Shown here piece by piece: positions 17,027 through 25,548 of a stretch of 25,582 nucleotides of DNA. How positions within the stretch are numbered: position 1 is the stretch's first letter; the number at the start of each line of letters is the position of its first letter. The translations under genes and the position numbers were made by a program. This DNA is from Candidatus Tariuqbacter arcticus (GTDB lineage Bacteria > Electryoneota > Tariuqbacteria > Tariuqbacterales > Tariuqbacteraceae), in NCBI GenBank assembly GCA_013202315.1, contig JABMRZ010000458.1, positions 1 through 25,582 of the forward strand, read 5' to 3'. The notes below the pieces were generated by a model. The model did no database searches. It saw only the letters and a list, made by a program, of their open reading frames with translations, and was not told the origin of the DNA.

Positions 17027-18187
17027 ATGAAGAAAGTTTTGACCGGGAATCAGGTAGTCGCCTGGGGTGTGATGCTGTCGCGGGCGCAGGTTGTTTCAGC
17101 TTATCCCATCACCCCCCAGACCACAATCATAGAGGAAATCGCAGATCTCATCAATAAGGGGATGTTTCAAGCGCGGTTCATCAAGGTGGAATCGGAGCAT
17201 TCGGCGATGGCGGGGTGCATCGGCGCTCAATCGACCGGGGCGCGTTCTTTCACCGCCACATCGGCGCAGGGGCTGGCTCTGATGCACGAACTGCTTCATT
17301 GGGCGGGATTGGGGCGTTTGCCAATCGTGCTGGCGAATGTGAACCGGGCAATGGCGCCGGGTTGGACTATATGGACCGACCAGAATGACAGCTTGTCTCA
17401 GCGGGACACCGGCTGGATACAGTATTACTGCGAAACGGTGCAGGAAGTGCTGGATACGGTAATACAGGCATACAGAGTTGCGGAGCAGGTGGATCTGCCG
17501 GCGATGTTGGTCTTAGATGCGTTTTTCTTGTCACACACCGCTGAAGCTGTTGAAATACCGGAACAGAAGATCACCGACGATTATCTGCCGCCGTTTGAAG
17601 CTGAATGGAAGCTTGATGTTGACAATCCGAGGGCTTTTTCAGGGATGACCGGAGTGGATATTTATCAGGAATTCCGCTATAAACAGCAAATCGCCTTCGA
17701 TGAGGCGTTGAAGGTCGCTGAAGAGGCGGACAGGGAATATGGAGAAAAATTCGGGCGTTCGTACGGCATAGTGGAGAATTACAGATGCGATGACGCTGAA
17801 TTAATCATAGTAGCTTCGGGCACTGTCAGTTCGACCGCGCGGGAGGCGATAGATTATTACCGGGCAAAGGGTGAAAAGGCCGGTATGCTGAAGATAAGGC
17901 TGTTCCGACCATTTCCCCTGGAAGCGGTGCGGGCATCTTTGGCTCACTGCCGGAAGATTGCGGTGATTGACCGGAATATCAGCCCCGGTCACGGCGGGAT
18001 ATTCGCTCAGGAAATCAAATCGGCGCTGTATAATCAACCGGTCAGCAAACGCCCGATGCTGTTCCCCTTCATCGCCGGATTAGGGGGGCGGGATATCAGG
18101 CCGGAAACGGTCAATCAAATCATCGAAATCGCCAAGAGCGAAGACTATCCCAGGAAAGACATTTATTGGATAGACTTAAAGGAGTAA
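17027..18187 (+). CDS. porA: Pyruvate/2-oxoacid:ferredoxin oxidoreductase alpha subunit
   Basis: TGNQVVA, AYPITPQT, VESEHSAM, TATSAQGLALMHE, LKIRLFRPFP, AGLGGRDI. Confidence 0.95.
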   Translation: MKKVLTGNQVVAWGVMLSRAQVVSAYPITPQTTIIEEIADLINKGMFQARFIKVESEHSAMAGCIGAQSTGARSFTATSAQGLALMHELLHWAGLGRLPIVLANVNRAMAPGWTIWTDQNDSLSQRDTGWIQYYCETVQEVLDTVIQAYRVAEQVDLPAMLVLDAFFLSHTAEAVEIPEQKITDDYLPPFEAEWKLDVDNPRAFSGMTGVDIYQEFRYKQQIAFDEALKVAEEADREYGEKFGRSYGIVENYRCDDAELIIVASGTVSSTAREAIDYYRAKGEKAGMLKIRLFRPFPLEAVRASLAHCRKIAVIDRNISPGHGGIFAQEIKSALYNQPVSKRPMLFPFIAGLGGRDIRPETVNQIIEIAKSEDYPRKDIYWIDLKE

Positions 18188-18228
18188 TTTAATTAACTTA
18201 CAAAGTGCCAAGTATCAGTCTCATTAGT

Positions 18229-18284
18229 TTTGAATTTTAAATTTTGAATTTGTTTCGGATTTCGGATTTCGATTTTCGAATTTG
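18229..18284. repeat. Degenerate heptamer array (tttgaat / ggatttc)n
   Basis: tttgaat tttaaat tttgaat ttgtttc ggatttc ggatttc gattttc gaatttg. Confidence 0.7.
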
Positions 18285-18448
18285 ATTCCGGCTCGTCCGG
18301 GTTAGGGTATAGGATTAAGCAGTCTGTTATCCCGGACAGCCGGGCTCCATACTTTCTTTTTCAATGATCGGGGTCCCGGTCCGCTTCGGCTGGATATGAG
18401 TCTCGACTATTCGGGATGAAAATCGGTAGATGGTGACTGATGACCGAC

Positions 18449-19501
18449 TCATATTATCCCCTTCAATTCATCCATTATACTATTGAAAATATCTTTTGTC
18501 CTGTCGACAATTTCGCCTCTTTTAAATATTATTCCGCCGCCGTTTTTAGCGAATGCGATTCCAATATCGGCTTCACGAGCTTCGCCCGGGCCATTCACTT
18601 CGCATCCCATCACCGCTATTTTCAAGGGGGTATCGACTCCGCTGAGTTCAGTATGCAGCCTTTTCGCCAAAGCTTCGACATCGCCGTGACTGCGGGCGCA
18701 GGTCGGGCAACTGATAATATCCAATCCCGGCGGTTTCAGCCCCAACGCTCTGAGCATAACCAAGCCGTCGCGAATCTCATTTAAAGGGTCGCCGGTGAGG
18801 GAAATCCTGATGGTATCACCGATGCCCTCCGCTAATAATATGCTCATCGCCACCGTGGATTTGATCGAACCGGCGCCGGGAATACCCGCTTCGGTCAATC
18901 CCAAGTGCAGGGGATATTCGACAGCGGAGGCGAGCATCCGGTTCGCTTCGATAGTGAGGGGGATGGAAGACGCCTTGATTGCCAGCACGATATCCTCGAA
19001 TCCTTCCCTTTCGATAGCGCGGACTTGATTGAGACAGCTTTCCAGCATCGCTTCGGCGGTTATCCCCTTTTCCTTCCGCAGTTTCTTTTCCAAAGAACCG
19101 GCGTTCACCCCGATTCTCATCGCCACGCCCTTGTTGGCGGCGGCTTCGACAATCTTCTTCACCCGGTCGAAGGAACCGATGTTTCCGGGGTTGATGCGGA
19201 TTTTATCGGCGCCGCATTCGATGGCTTTGAGCGCGAGTCGATAGTCGAAATGAATATCGGCGATGAGGGGGACGCCGACATTGTCTTTTATCATACCGAG
19301 AGCCCGGGCGGATTCCATATCCGGCGCCGCCACCCTGACCAAATCACAGCCCGCATCCATCAAAGCTCGAATTTGGGCGCAGGTTCTTTCAACATCGCGG
19401 GTATCGGTGTTGGTCATCGACTGGAGGACGATGGGCGCCCCTCCGCCAATCTGTACATCGCCCACCTTCACCCCCCTGCTATACCGGCGGGTGATATTCA
19501 C
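18449..19501 (-). CDS. ispG: (E)-4-hydroxy-3-methylbut-2-enyl-diphosphate synthase
   Basis: LQSMTNT, LIADIHFDY, RINPGNIG, PLHLGLTEAG, GIGDTIRISL, CPTCAR, MGCEVNGPGEA. GTG start overlaps the upstream stop. Confidence 0.97.
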   Translation of the reverse strand: MNITRRYSRGVKVGDVQIGGGAPIVLQSMTNTDTRDVERTCAQIRALMDAGCDLVRVAAPDMESARALGMIKDNVGVPLIADIHFDYRLALKAIECGADKIRINPGNIGSFDRVKKIVEAAANKGVAMRIGVNAGSLEKKLRKEKGITAEAMLESCLNQVRAIEREGFEDIVLAIKASSIPLTIEANRMLASAVEYPLHLGLTEAGIPGAGSIKSTVAMSILLAEGIGDTIRISLTGDPLNEIRDGLVMLRALGLKPPGLDIISCPTCARSHGDVEALAKRLHTELSGVDTPLKIAVMGCEVNGPGEAREADIGIAFAKNGGGIIFKRGEIVDRTKDIFNSIMDELKGII

Positions 19502-20238
19502 TATTGCAGGGAAATTGGTTGATAAGTTTTGATTTTAGTAATTCCGGTGGAATCGATGGAAATTTGCGCCGGCCATCTTTCCGCCCCGACTTTTTTCAGT
19601 TTTTTTCCGTTTAGACTGAATTGAGTCGCTCCGGCGTTGCTGGTCAACAGCCAGATATTTTGCTCGGCGTAGAATTCCTTGACGCTTTCGGGGATTAAAT
19701 TATAATCAAGGGAATCGCCGCCATCGATGGACACCATTAAATACAGCGGCTCGTCTGCGGCTGCAGAGAAAGTAAATCCCTTTTGTTCTATCGGCACAGC
19801 CGGAGTTTCTTCCGATATATCAGCAGTTTTATCGGGGGCGGGTTTGCAAATTAATGTTAGGATAATGATGATGACAATAACGCCGCCCACCCCAGCTAAA
19901 ACATATCGAAAGTTATGCCGAAGAACATCCACCACTTTTTCGATTAAGGCTGTAAAATCACTTTTATAACGATGCTCGGCGGGCAGCGGTTCAAATTCTT
20001 CGTAGTGTGGTTCCCTGATTGCGTCATATTCGCTCATTACTTTGGCTTCATTCATCCCCACTGCGGCGGCGAAGGATTTGAGGAAGGCTCGGATATATGG
20101 TTCCGGTAAAACATCGAAATTTTCATCCTCCAACGCCTGAAGGAACTTCAAATCTATCTTGGTGAGGATGCTTACATCTTCCAGGGACATATCCCCATAT
20201 TCCCTGGCTTTCCTCAATTCATCGCCGAATTCACCCAT
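19501..20238 (-). CDS. rodZ: RodZ-like protein (XRE-type HTH, TM helix, DUF4115-like C-terminus)
   Basis: FGDELRKARE...TKIDLKFLQALED...YIRAFLKSFA, hydrophobic TM segment, and C-terminal SNAGATQFSLNGK. Confidence 0.8.
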   Translation of the reverse strand: MGEFGDELRKAREYGDMSLEDVSILTKIDLKFLQALEDENFDVLPEPYIRAFLKSFAAAVGMNEAKVMSEYDAIREPHYEEFEPLPAEHRYKSDFTALIEKVVDVLRHNFRYVLAGVGGVIVIIIILTLICKPAPDKTADISEETPAVPIEQKGFTFSAAADEPLYLMVSIDGGDSLDYNLIPESVKEFYAEQNIWLLTSNAGATQFSLNGKKLKKVGAERWPAQISIDSTGITKIKTYQPISLQ

Positions 20239-20833
20239 TGTTAATCTCCCGGATAAATATCGTCCAGGTTCGCCTTAATTCAGCCAAAGGCAAACCAACC
20301 ACATTGAAAAAACACCCCTCAATCCGTTCTATCAGCAGGCTCCCACAGCCCTGCGCTCCATAAGCCCCAGCTTTATCCATCGGTTCACCAGTAGCGATAT
20401 AAAGTTCGATTTCTTCATCCGACAAGGGGTAAAACTTCACGGAGGTGATTTGACAGCCGGAAACCGTCCTGTTTAGGGGGATGTGCATAATGGTGAAGCC
20501 GGTGATGACTTTATGCTGTCTTCCAGACAGTTTGCGTAGTATCCTCACCGCGTCTTCCCGGTTTTCAGGCTTGCCTATGGCTTCACCATCCAGCGCGATG
20601 ATGGTATCGGCGGCGGTAATCCAGCCTTCGGTTTCGCCGACGCGGGCGGCTTCAGCTTTACGCCGGGAAAGCTCCATAACCGCGTCTTCTAAGGAAAGTT
20701 GAGTGTCGACGGTCTCATCAATGACTATCGGCTTGACGGTGAAGCGGAGTCCCACCTTTTCCAGCAATTCCCTTCGCCTGGGCGATCCTGAAGCCAGAAT
20801 CACCCGTTCACCTTCCAAGAAATCCCACATCAT
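20231..20833 (-). CDS. maf: Maf-family nucleoside triphosphate pyrophosphatase
   Basis: ILASGSPRRRELL, ADTII, GKP, LSGRQHKVITG, GEPMDKAGAYG, NVVGLP. Confidence 0.95.
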   Translation of the reverse strand: MMWDFLEGERVILASGSPRRRELLEKVGLRFTVKPIVIDETVDTQLSLEDAVMELSRRKAEAARVGETEGWITAADTIIALDGEAIGKPENREDAVRILRKLSGRQHKVITGFTIMHIPLNRTVSGCQITSVKFYPLSDEEIELYIATGEPMDKAGAYGAQGCGSLLIERIEGCFFNVVGLPLAELRRTWTIFIREINNG

Positions 20834-21657
20834 CGCCCCAAAAACAGCGCAATCAATCCAATGAACATACCGAATTTTAATATATTAGACAGTATCCGCA
20901 GTTTATTGGTATCGCCCTTAATCAGAATGTAAATCGCCCAAAGCAAGATAGTTTCAACGCCGAGTAAAGAAACTATAAGATAATAAATATTATAGAAATG
21001 TGCAAAATAAGGCAGGGGAACAATCAGCAGTAATAATACCAATGCCAACACAGCGGTCCTACCCGCCGCGCCGATTCCATATTTCCGGGCGAAAGTTGCT
21101 CCGGGGCGGGCGGAATCGCCGGTGTAATCCTCCATATCCTTGACCATCTCCCGGCTGAAGTGGAAAAAGAGCGAGAACACCGCCGGTATCAATCCGCCCT
21201 TGATATTGCCCGCCAACACTCCGCCGAATATGAACGCCAGGGCGGTCAGGAATGAAACGCAGATGTTCCCCCAAAGCGCGGTCATCTTCAGGCGGGCGTT
21301 GTACGCGAAGAGCAGGAACGCCGCTGAAGCCGTTATCAGAAGCGGAAGCGGTCCCAGGATTAAACCGATGACGATTCCAGCGAGCCCGAACAGCGCTGAA
21401 AACAGACCAGCGGTTGAGAGGGAAATTTCCTTCTGAGGCAGGGGGCGGCCGGGGCGGTTGATGCGGTCGATTTCTATATCGCAGATGTCGTTGTGGATAT
21501 TGCCGGCGGCGGCGATCAAACAGGCGGCGACAGCTCCGAGGGTTACCGTCAAGGGATTCAATTCGGCGAAATCCTTCGCCAGCAAAGCGGCGACCCAGAC
21601 TGAAGCCGCGGTTATCAGAGCGTTAACCGGGCGGGAAAGCTTGAATACGGCTTTCAA
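20830..21657 (-). CDS. UbiA-superfamily prenyltransferase, DGGGP-synthase-like
   Basis: LSRPVN, GNIHNDICDIEIDRINRPGRPL, REMVKDMEDYTGD, multiple TM helices. TTG start is uncertain. Confidence 0.88.
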   Translation of the reverse strand: MKAVFKLSRPVNALITAASVWVAALLAKDFAELNPLTVTLGAVAACLIAAAGNIHNDICDIEIDRINRPGRPLPQKEISLSTAGLFSALFGLAGIVIGLILGPLPLLITASAAFLLFAYNARLKMTALWGNICVSFLTALAFIFGGVLAGNIKGGLIPAVFSLFFHFSREMVKDMEDYTGDSARPGATFARKYGIGAAGRTAVLALVLLLLIVPLPYFAHFYNIYYLIVSLLGVETILLWAIYILIKGDTNKLRILSNILKFGMFIGLIALFLGR

Positions 21658-21849
21658 ATCGGTAAAGAAAAGGGTGTTAATGAGTTGATCTATAGTTGAT
21701 ACTGCGAATTACTGTATACTTATAAGCTGTTATTATTTCATCACAAAGGCTCAAAGGGCACAAAGTTTCACAAAGACTTTCATAATTCACCGAATCTCTG
21801 TGGTGAACAAATTTTACATTTTTCATTCTTAATTTTTCATTCTTCATTT

Positions 21850-23706
21850 TCATCTTATCAGTAGACACTTCTGGGTCTGAATCTGTTCCCCCGCTTGGAG
21901 GCGGACGAAGTAAATCCCGGATGACAGTTCGCTGCCGTCGAAGGGGACTTGATGCGTCCCGGCTTCGTATTTTCCTCCCGCCAGAGACGCAACCTTACGC
22001 CCGGCGATATTGTATATTGCTATTTCTACCGTCGATGCGTAAGGCAGATCGAAGGTTATCAGGGTTTCGGTGTTGAAGGGGTTGGGATGGGTAGATAATG
22101 AAATATATTCATTCGGTGGAGTTGAAAAAACAGGCTCTTCCGTGCCTTCCCAACCATAGGCTGCCCAGCCAAGATTGTGATTGGGCGCAGACTCGCCGGG
22201 AAGGACTTCGAAAGGGAAACTGTCCGAGGCCACAACCGTAACCGGATATAAACCGACATTGCCGATATATGTAAAACTCCCCGCTCGAACATTTGCCGGA
22301 ACAAACTGGGTGATTTGCCTTATAATCGAGGAACCGGCCGGTGAAACTAAACCACTGCGCATTATGAAGGGATCATAAATCGTCCCATTGGGCAGAATAA
22401 CTTCCTCCCAGGCATCGAAGTTGATAGGGTTGACGGTATTGTTTTCAACTAAAGCATCGAAAACGAAACTTCCACCGCCGGGTGGAATTTGAATAGGCGT
22501 GTTGTAAGGCGTCAAAGTCACGGACAGCGGCGCGAAATCGCTTTCAAGGCGAACCAGGTAAACATCCAAGTGGTGATATCCTATCATATTTTCAGCATTT
22601 CCTGAGATAATATATCCACCATCCAGAGTTTGTTGAACGCTTGTGCCACTCTCCCACCAAAAATAAGACTCACAAACTGTTCGAGTCCATATTGTGTCTC
22701 CATTGACATCGGTCCTTACAACATAGACATCTCTCCAAGGTGAACTCAGTGGCCAGGTCATTCCTGCAATAATATATCCCCCATCATATGTTTGTTGAAC
22801 GCTGTAGCCCCCATCACAATCGCTTCCTCCATAAGTTCTCGTCCAAATCGTATCTCCATCTGCATCTGTCTTTATTAAGTAGACATCTGTCATACCAGCA
22901 CCGTATGAATTAGTGCATCCAGCGATAATATATCCCCCATCGGTTGTCTGCTGGACGCTCCATCCTGAATCGTATTGATTTCCGCCATAGGTGCATGTCC
23001 AAACTGTGTCCCCATTTATATTGGTCTTTATCAAATAGACATCTTTCTCGCCGGCGCCATATGAATATGTGTATCCGCCGATAATATATCCCTCATCCGT
23101 GGTCTGCTGAATGCTCATGCCATAATCATCAGCAGGCCCGTCGTATGTACGCGTCCATAATGTATCTCCATCGGCATCAGTCTTCACCAAATAAACATCT
23201 CTATCAAAGCCACCAAAGGAACGGGTATATCCCGCAAGGATATATCCCCCATCTTGGGTCTGTTGGCCGCTGTAGCAAACATCGGGAGCGCCACCTCCAT
23301 AGGGGCGGGTCCAAAGGGTGTCCCCGTTTGCATCTGTCTTAACTAAATAGAAATCCCAATTACCGCCGAAATTTTCGCTCGTTCCGGCAACAATATACCC
23401 CCCATCGGTGGTCTGCTGAACACTTCTGCCAACATCACCCCAGTCGCCGCCGATTATTCGGGTCCAGATTGTGTCCCCATCCGCATCGGTCTTTATCAGA
23501 TAAATATTCTGATAAGGATCTGGAACAAATGAATATGTTTCGCCGGCCACTATATATCCTCCGTCCGATGTCTGCTGAACGCACCAGCCATAATCAGAAG
23601 AGCTTCCCCCAAAGGTTTTGGTCCAAAGGGTGTCCGGTGGCTGGGGTTGGGCGATAGATGTGGCAGTTAAAATGACTACCAATAAAATTGTGCTTGAAGT
23701 TTTCAT
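21850..23706 (-). CDS. Secreted 7-repeat beta-propeller protein with C-terminal T9SS-type-A/FlgD-like sorting domain
   Basis: Signal peptide MKTSSTILLVVILTATSIAQ, seven ~50-aa repeats (W.RT.GG..D.G.SVQQT.DGGYI.AG), and C-terminal PNPFN...ITFDL...IYNIAGRKV...GIYFVRL. RBS ggaggg supports start 23706. Confidence 0.9.
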   Translation of the reverse strand: MKTSSTILLVVILTATSIAQPQPPDTLWTKTFGGSSSDYGWCVQQTSDGGYIVAGETYSFVPDPYQNIYLIKTDADGDTIWTRIIGGDWGDVGRSVQQTTDGGYIVAGTSENFGGNWDFYLVKTDANGDTLWTRPYGGGAPDVCYSGQQTQDGGYILAGYTRSFGGFDRDVYLVKTDADGDTLWTRTYDGPADDYGMSIQQTTDEGYIIGGYTYSYGAGEKDVYLIKTNINGDTVWTCTYGGNQYDSGWSVQQTTDGGYIIAGCTNSYGAGMTDVYLIKTDADGDTIWTRTYGGSDCDGGYSVQQTYDGGYIIAGMTWPLSSPWRDVYVVRTDVNGDTIWTRTVCESYFWWESGTSVQQTLDGGYIISGNAENMIGYHHLDVYLVRLESDFAPLSVTLTPYNTPIQIPPGGGSFVFDALVENNTVNPINFDAWEEVILPNGTIYDPFIMRSGLVSPAGSSIIRQITQFVPANVRAGSFTYIGNVGLYPVTVVASDSFPFEVLPGESAPNHNLGWAAYGWEGTEEPVFSTPPNEYISLSTHPNPFNTETLITFDLPYASTVEIAIYNIAGRKVASLAGGKYEAGTHQVPFDGSELSSGIYFVRLQAGEQIQTQKCLLIR

Positions 23707-23766
23707 TTTACCCTCCATATTGGGATAGTTTTTCCAATGACAAATGACTAATGATTATTTAAGGTG

Positions 23767-23840
23767 GCGTCGAGTCTCCGCACTCGACGCTGTATTCCTA
23801 AATAACAAAGAATAGCTGTCGACTGCGGAGAGTCGACAGC
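23767..23840. repeat. Pair of mutually inverted REP-like hairpins
   Basis: gcgtcgagt-ctccgc-actcgacgc (23767-23790) and gctgtcgact-gcggag-agtcgacagc (23815-23840). The two loops are reverse complements. Confidence 0.8.
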
Positions 23841-23857
23841 ACAAATTTGACCAATGA

Positions 23858-24283
23858 CTATCCTTCCTTCCGGCTGTTCCGGTAATCCAACAGCGCCTGG
23901 ATGAAGAACCCTTTGGAAGGATTATTCCACTGCAGGCGGATGGTGCGGAGGATGCGCTTCTCTTCCTCGGTGATTTGATAGAGGGTGATAGCGTCCGGGT
24001 CGTTAAGCAGTTCCCATAAGCCGGGATACATCCTGCCGCCGGAGGTTTTCGCGGCGTCAGCCAGATATTCACCGGTCGATTCCAACTCTTCCGGGGTGGT
24101 GTCCAAAGCCCGGGCGATTTCCGACAGGGTGCGCTTTGAAGGGCGATGTTCGCCGGTTTCGATCAGCGATAGGTGCGAGCGGTTGATGCCCGCCGTTTTC
24201 GCTAAATCGGATTGGGTCAGGTTGAGGAATTTACGGCGTTCGCGGATAGCGGCGCCCAATTGTTTTTTATAGTCGTTGGTCAT
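23858..24283 (-). CDS. XRE-family helix-turn-helix transcriptional regulator
   Basis: LGAAIRERRKFLNLTQSDLAKTAGINRSHLSLIETGEHRPSKRTLSEIARAL, plus a ~70-aa C-terminal extension. Start placed at ATG 24283. Confidence 0.9.
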   Translation of the reverse strand: MTNDYKKQLGAAIRERRKFLNLTQSDLAKTAGINRSHLSLIETGEHRPSKRTLSEIARALDTTPEELESTGEYLADAAKTSGGRMYPGLWELLNDPDAITLYQITEEEKRILRTIRLQWNNPSKGFFIQALLDYRNSRKEG

Positions 24284-24537
24284 TTCAGGTTCTCTTTCAC
24301 CACAGAGACATAGAGACGAATTAACCACTAATGAACACGAATAAACACGAATAAAAAAAAGATATCACTTGGTAAGAGATTTATTCGGAACCGTTGAAAT
24401 GCAAAGATGATACTGGGCAAACTGAAGGAAAGCAGCGCAATCAATCCGCTGTAAAGCGGATCAGCGAAATCAGCGGTTCAAAGAATAAAAAATCCACCCA
24501 TACAAAACAGCGAGGGACTCATAAAATATTCTCCCTT

Positions 24538-24566
24538 AATATAATGAAAATATTGGGACTTGTCAA
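24538..24566 (-). promoter_or_regulatory. sigma70-type promoter facing the XRE gene
   Basis: Minus strand TTGACA-17 nt-TATATT. Confidence 0.7.
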
Positions 24567-24605
24567 GCAGGATTGCGACTTTTTCTAATATTTTTCATTT
24601 TTCTC

Positions 24606-24634
24606 TTGACATTGTCCAACAAATGTTGTATATT
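24606..24634 (+). promoter_or_regulatory. sigma70-type promoter facing right, with palindrome in the spacer
   Basis: TTGACA-17 nt-TATATT. Palindrome caaca-aa-tgttg at 24617-24628. Confidence 0.7.
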
Positions 24635-24684
24635 ACTTATGGTGGGTGAACATTTGTATATCTTTTCTCAATCTCAATTAACTA

Positions 24685-24710
24685 ATGACCGATGACCAAT
24701 GACCAATGAC
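24685..24710. repeat. Heptamer array (atgacca)n
   Basis: atgaccg atgacca atgacca atgac. Confidence 0.75.
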
Positions 24711-24914
24711 GAATTACTGCCCTGCGGCATCCCCCGCAACGAACATAAAATTTGTTGGGAACGGAACTGCTACCTTTCCGGCGAAGGGTGCCCGGTTCAC
24801 CAAGGACCCAAGAAGCATATCATCCGGCGCCTGCCGGACTATATTTACGATACGGTGTTAATTGACGGTGCGCGGATTAATATCGGCGCCGCCGGTATGC
24901 GACACGGTTCTTAG
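24699..24914 (+). CDS. Small Cys-rich hypothetical protein (71 aa)
   Basis: ORF directly downstream of the rightward promoter, with 4 Cys plus His. No clear RBS. Confidence 0.4.
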   Translation: MTNDELLPCGIPRNEHKICWERNCYLSGEGCPVHQGPKKHIIRRLPDYIYDTVLIDGARINIGAAGMRHGS

Positions 24915-25050
24915 AAAAAACGGCTATAGGCAGTGGGCTATAGGCTGTGGGTTTTTATTTGGATGCAGGCGGGTTTGAAACCCGAACCCACAACGGAAAT
25001 CATTTCTTAAGTATGATTATTAATCTTTTGAACAATAAATAGGAGATTTT

Positions 25051-25383
25051 ATGACCCAAGAATTGATAGAAATTCCCAAATTCCCCCTGAATGAAAGCGA
25101 TTCGACGCTCGATTTGGATGAGATTGCCGCTAAAGTTGAACGGCTTTCAATGCAGGTCGATTCCTACCGGGAAACTATTATCCGGCACATCAAGGCGCGC
25201 TGTGAATTATTGGGAAAGAGTCTCGTTAGGGGAATTGCGGAGAAAGATATTCCTGGATTGCTGGAAATCAAGGAAGAACTTGACGAGGAATATCGACATC
25301 GATTCAGACTGCACTCGGAAATGCCGGTTCAAATGAAAGCCGATTCTTTTTGCGCGGCGCGGTATTTATCCGGGCGGGGATGA
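25051..25383 (+). CDS. Hypothetical helical protein (110 aa)
   Basis: RBS aggag 5 nt upstream of the ATG. No recognised family. Confidence 0.75.
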   Translation: MTQELIEIPKFPLNESDSTLDLDEIAAKVERLSMQVDSYRETIIRHIKARCELLGKSLVRGIAEKDIPGLLEIKEELDEEYRHRFRLHSEMPVQMKADSFCAARYLSGRG

Positions 25384-25388
25384 TGATT

Positions 25389-25458
25389 GGTTATCGGTTG
25401 ACGGTTGACGGTTGACGGTTATCGGTTGACGGTTGACGGTTATCGGTTGACGGTTGTC
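25389..25458. repeat. Ten-unit heptamer array (ggttgac / ggttatc)
   Basis: ggttatc, (ggttgac)x3, ggttatc, (ggttgac)x2, ggttatc, ggttgac, ggttgtc. Confidence 0.9.
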
Positions 25459-25504
25459 AGTTCTATCGATGCTGGCTGGTTTTACTTAACAACAGTATTG
25501 CGAC

Positions 25505-25539
25505 ATATCAAATATCTAATATCAAATATCTAATATCAA
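25505..25539. repeat. Alternating heptamer array (atatcaa / atatcta)
   Basis: atatcaa atatcta atatcaa atatcta atatcaa. Confidence 0.85.
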
Positions 25540-25548
25540 GGAGTAAAA

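Noticed and set aside
843-23657. Numerous 60-205 aa ORFs antisense to or overlapping the long genes (e.g. 8611-9051, 13422-13889, 18905-19522)
   Set aside because: They are shadow ORFs of GC-rich coding regions, with no motifs or RBS support.
21850-23706. DNA-level repeats as a mobile or diversity-generating element
   Set aside because: They are the in-frame ~150-nt beta-propeller blade repeats of an ordinary secreted protein, and no reverse transcriptase is nearby.
25389-25458. CRISPR array
   Set aside because: The repeats are contiguous 7-mers with no unique spacers, and no cas genes are present. The same holds for the other arrays.
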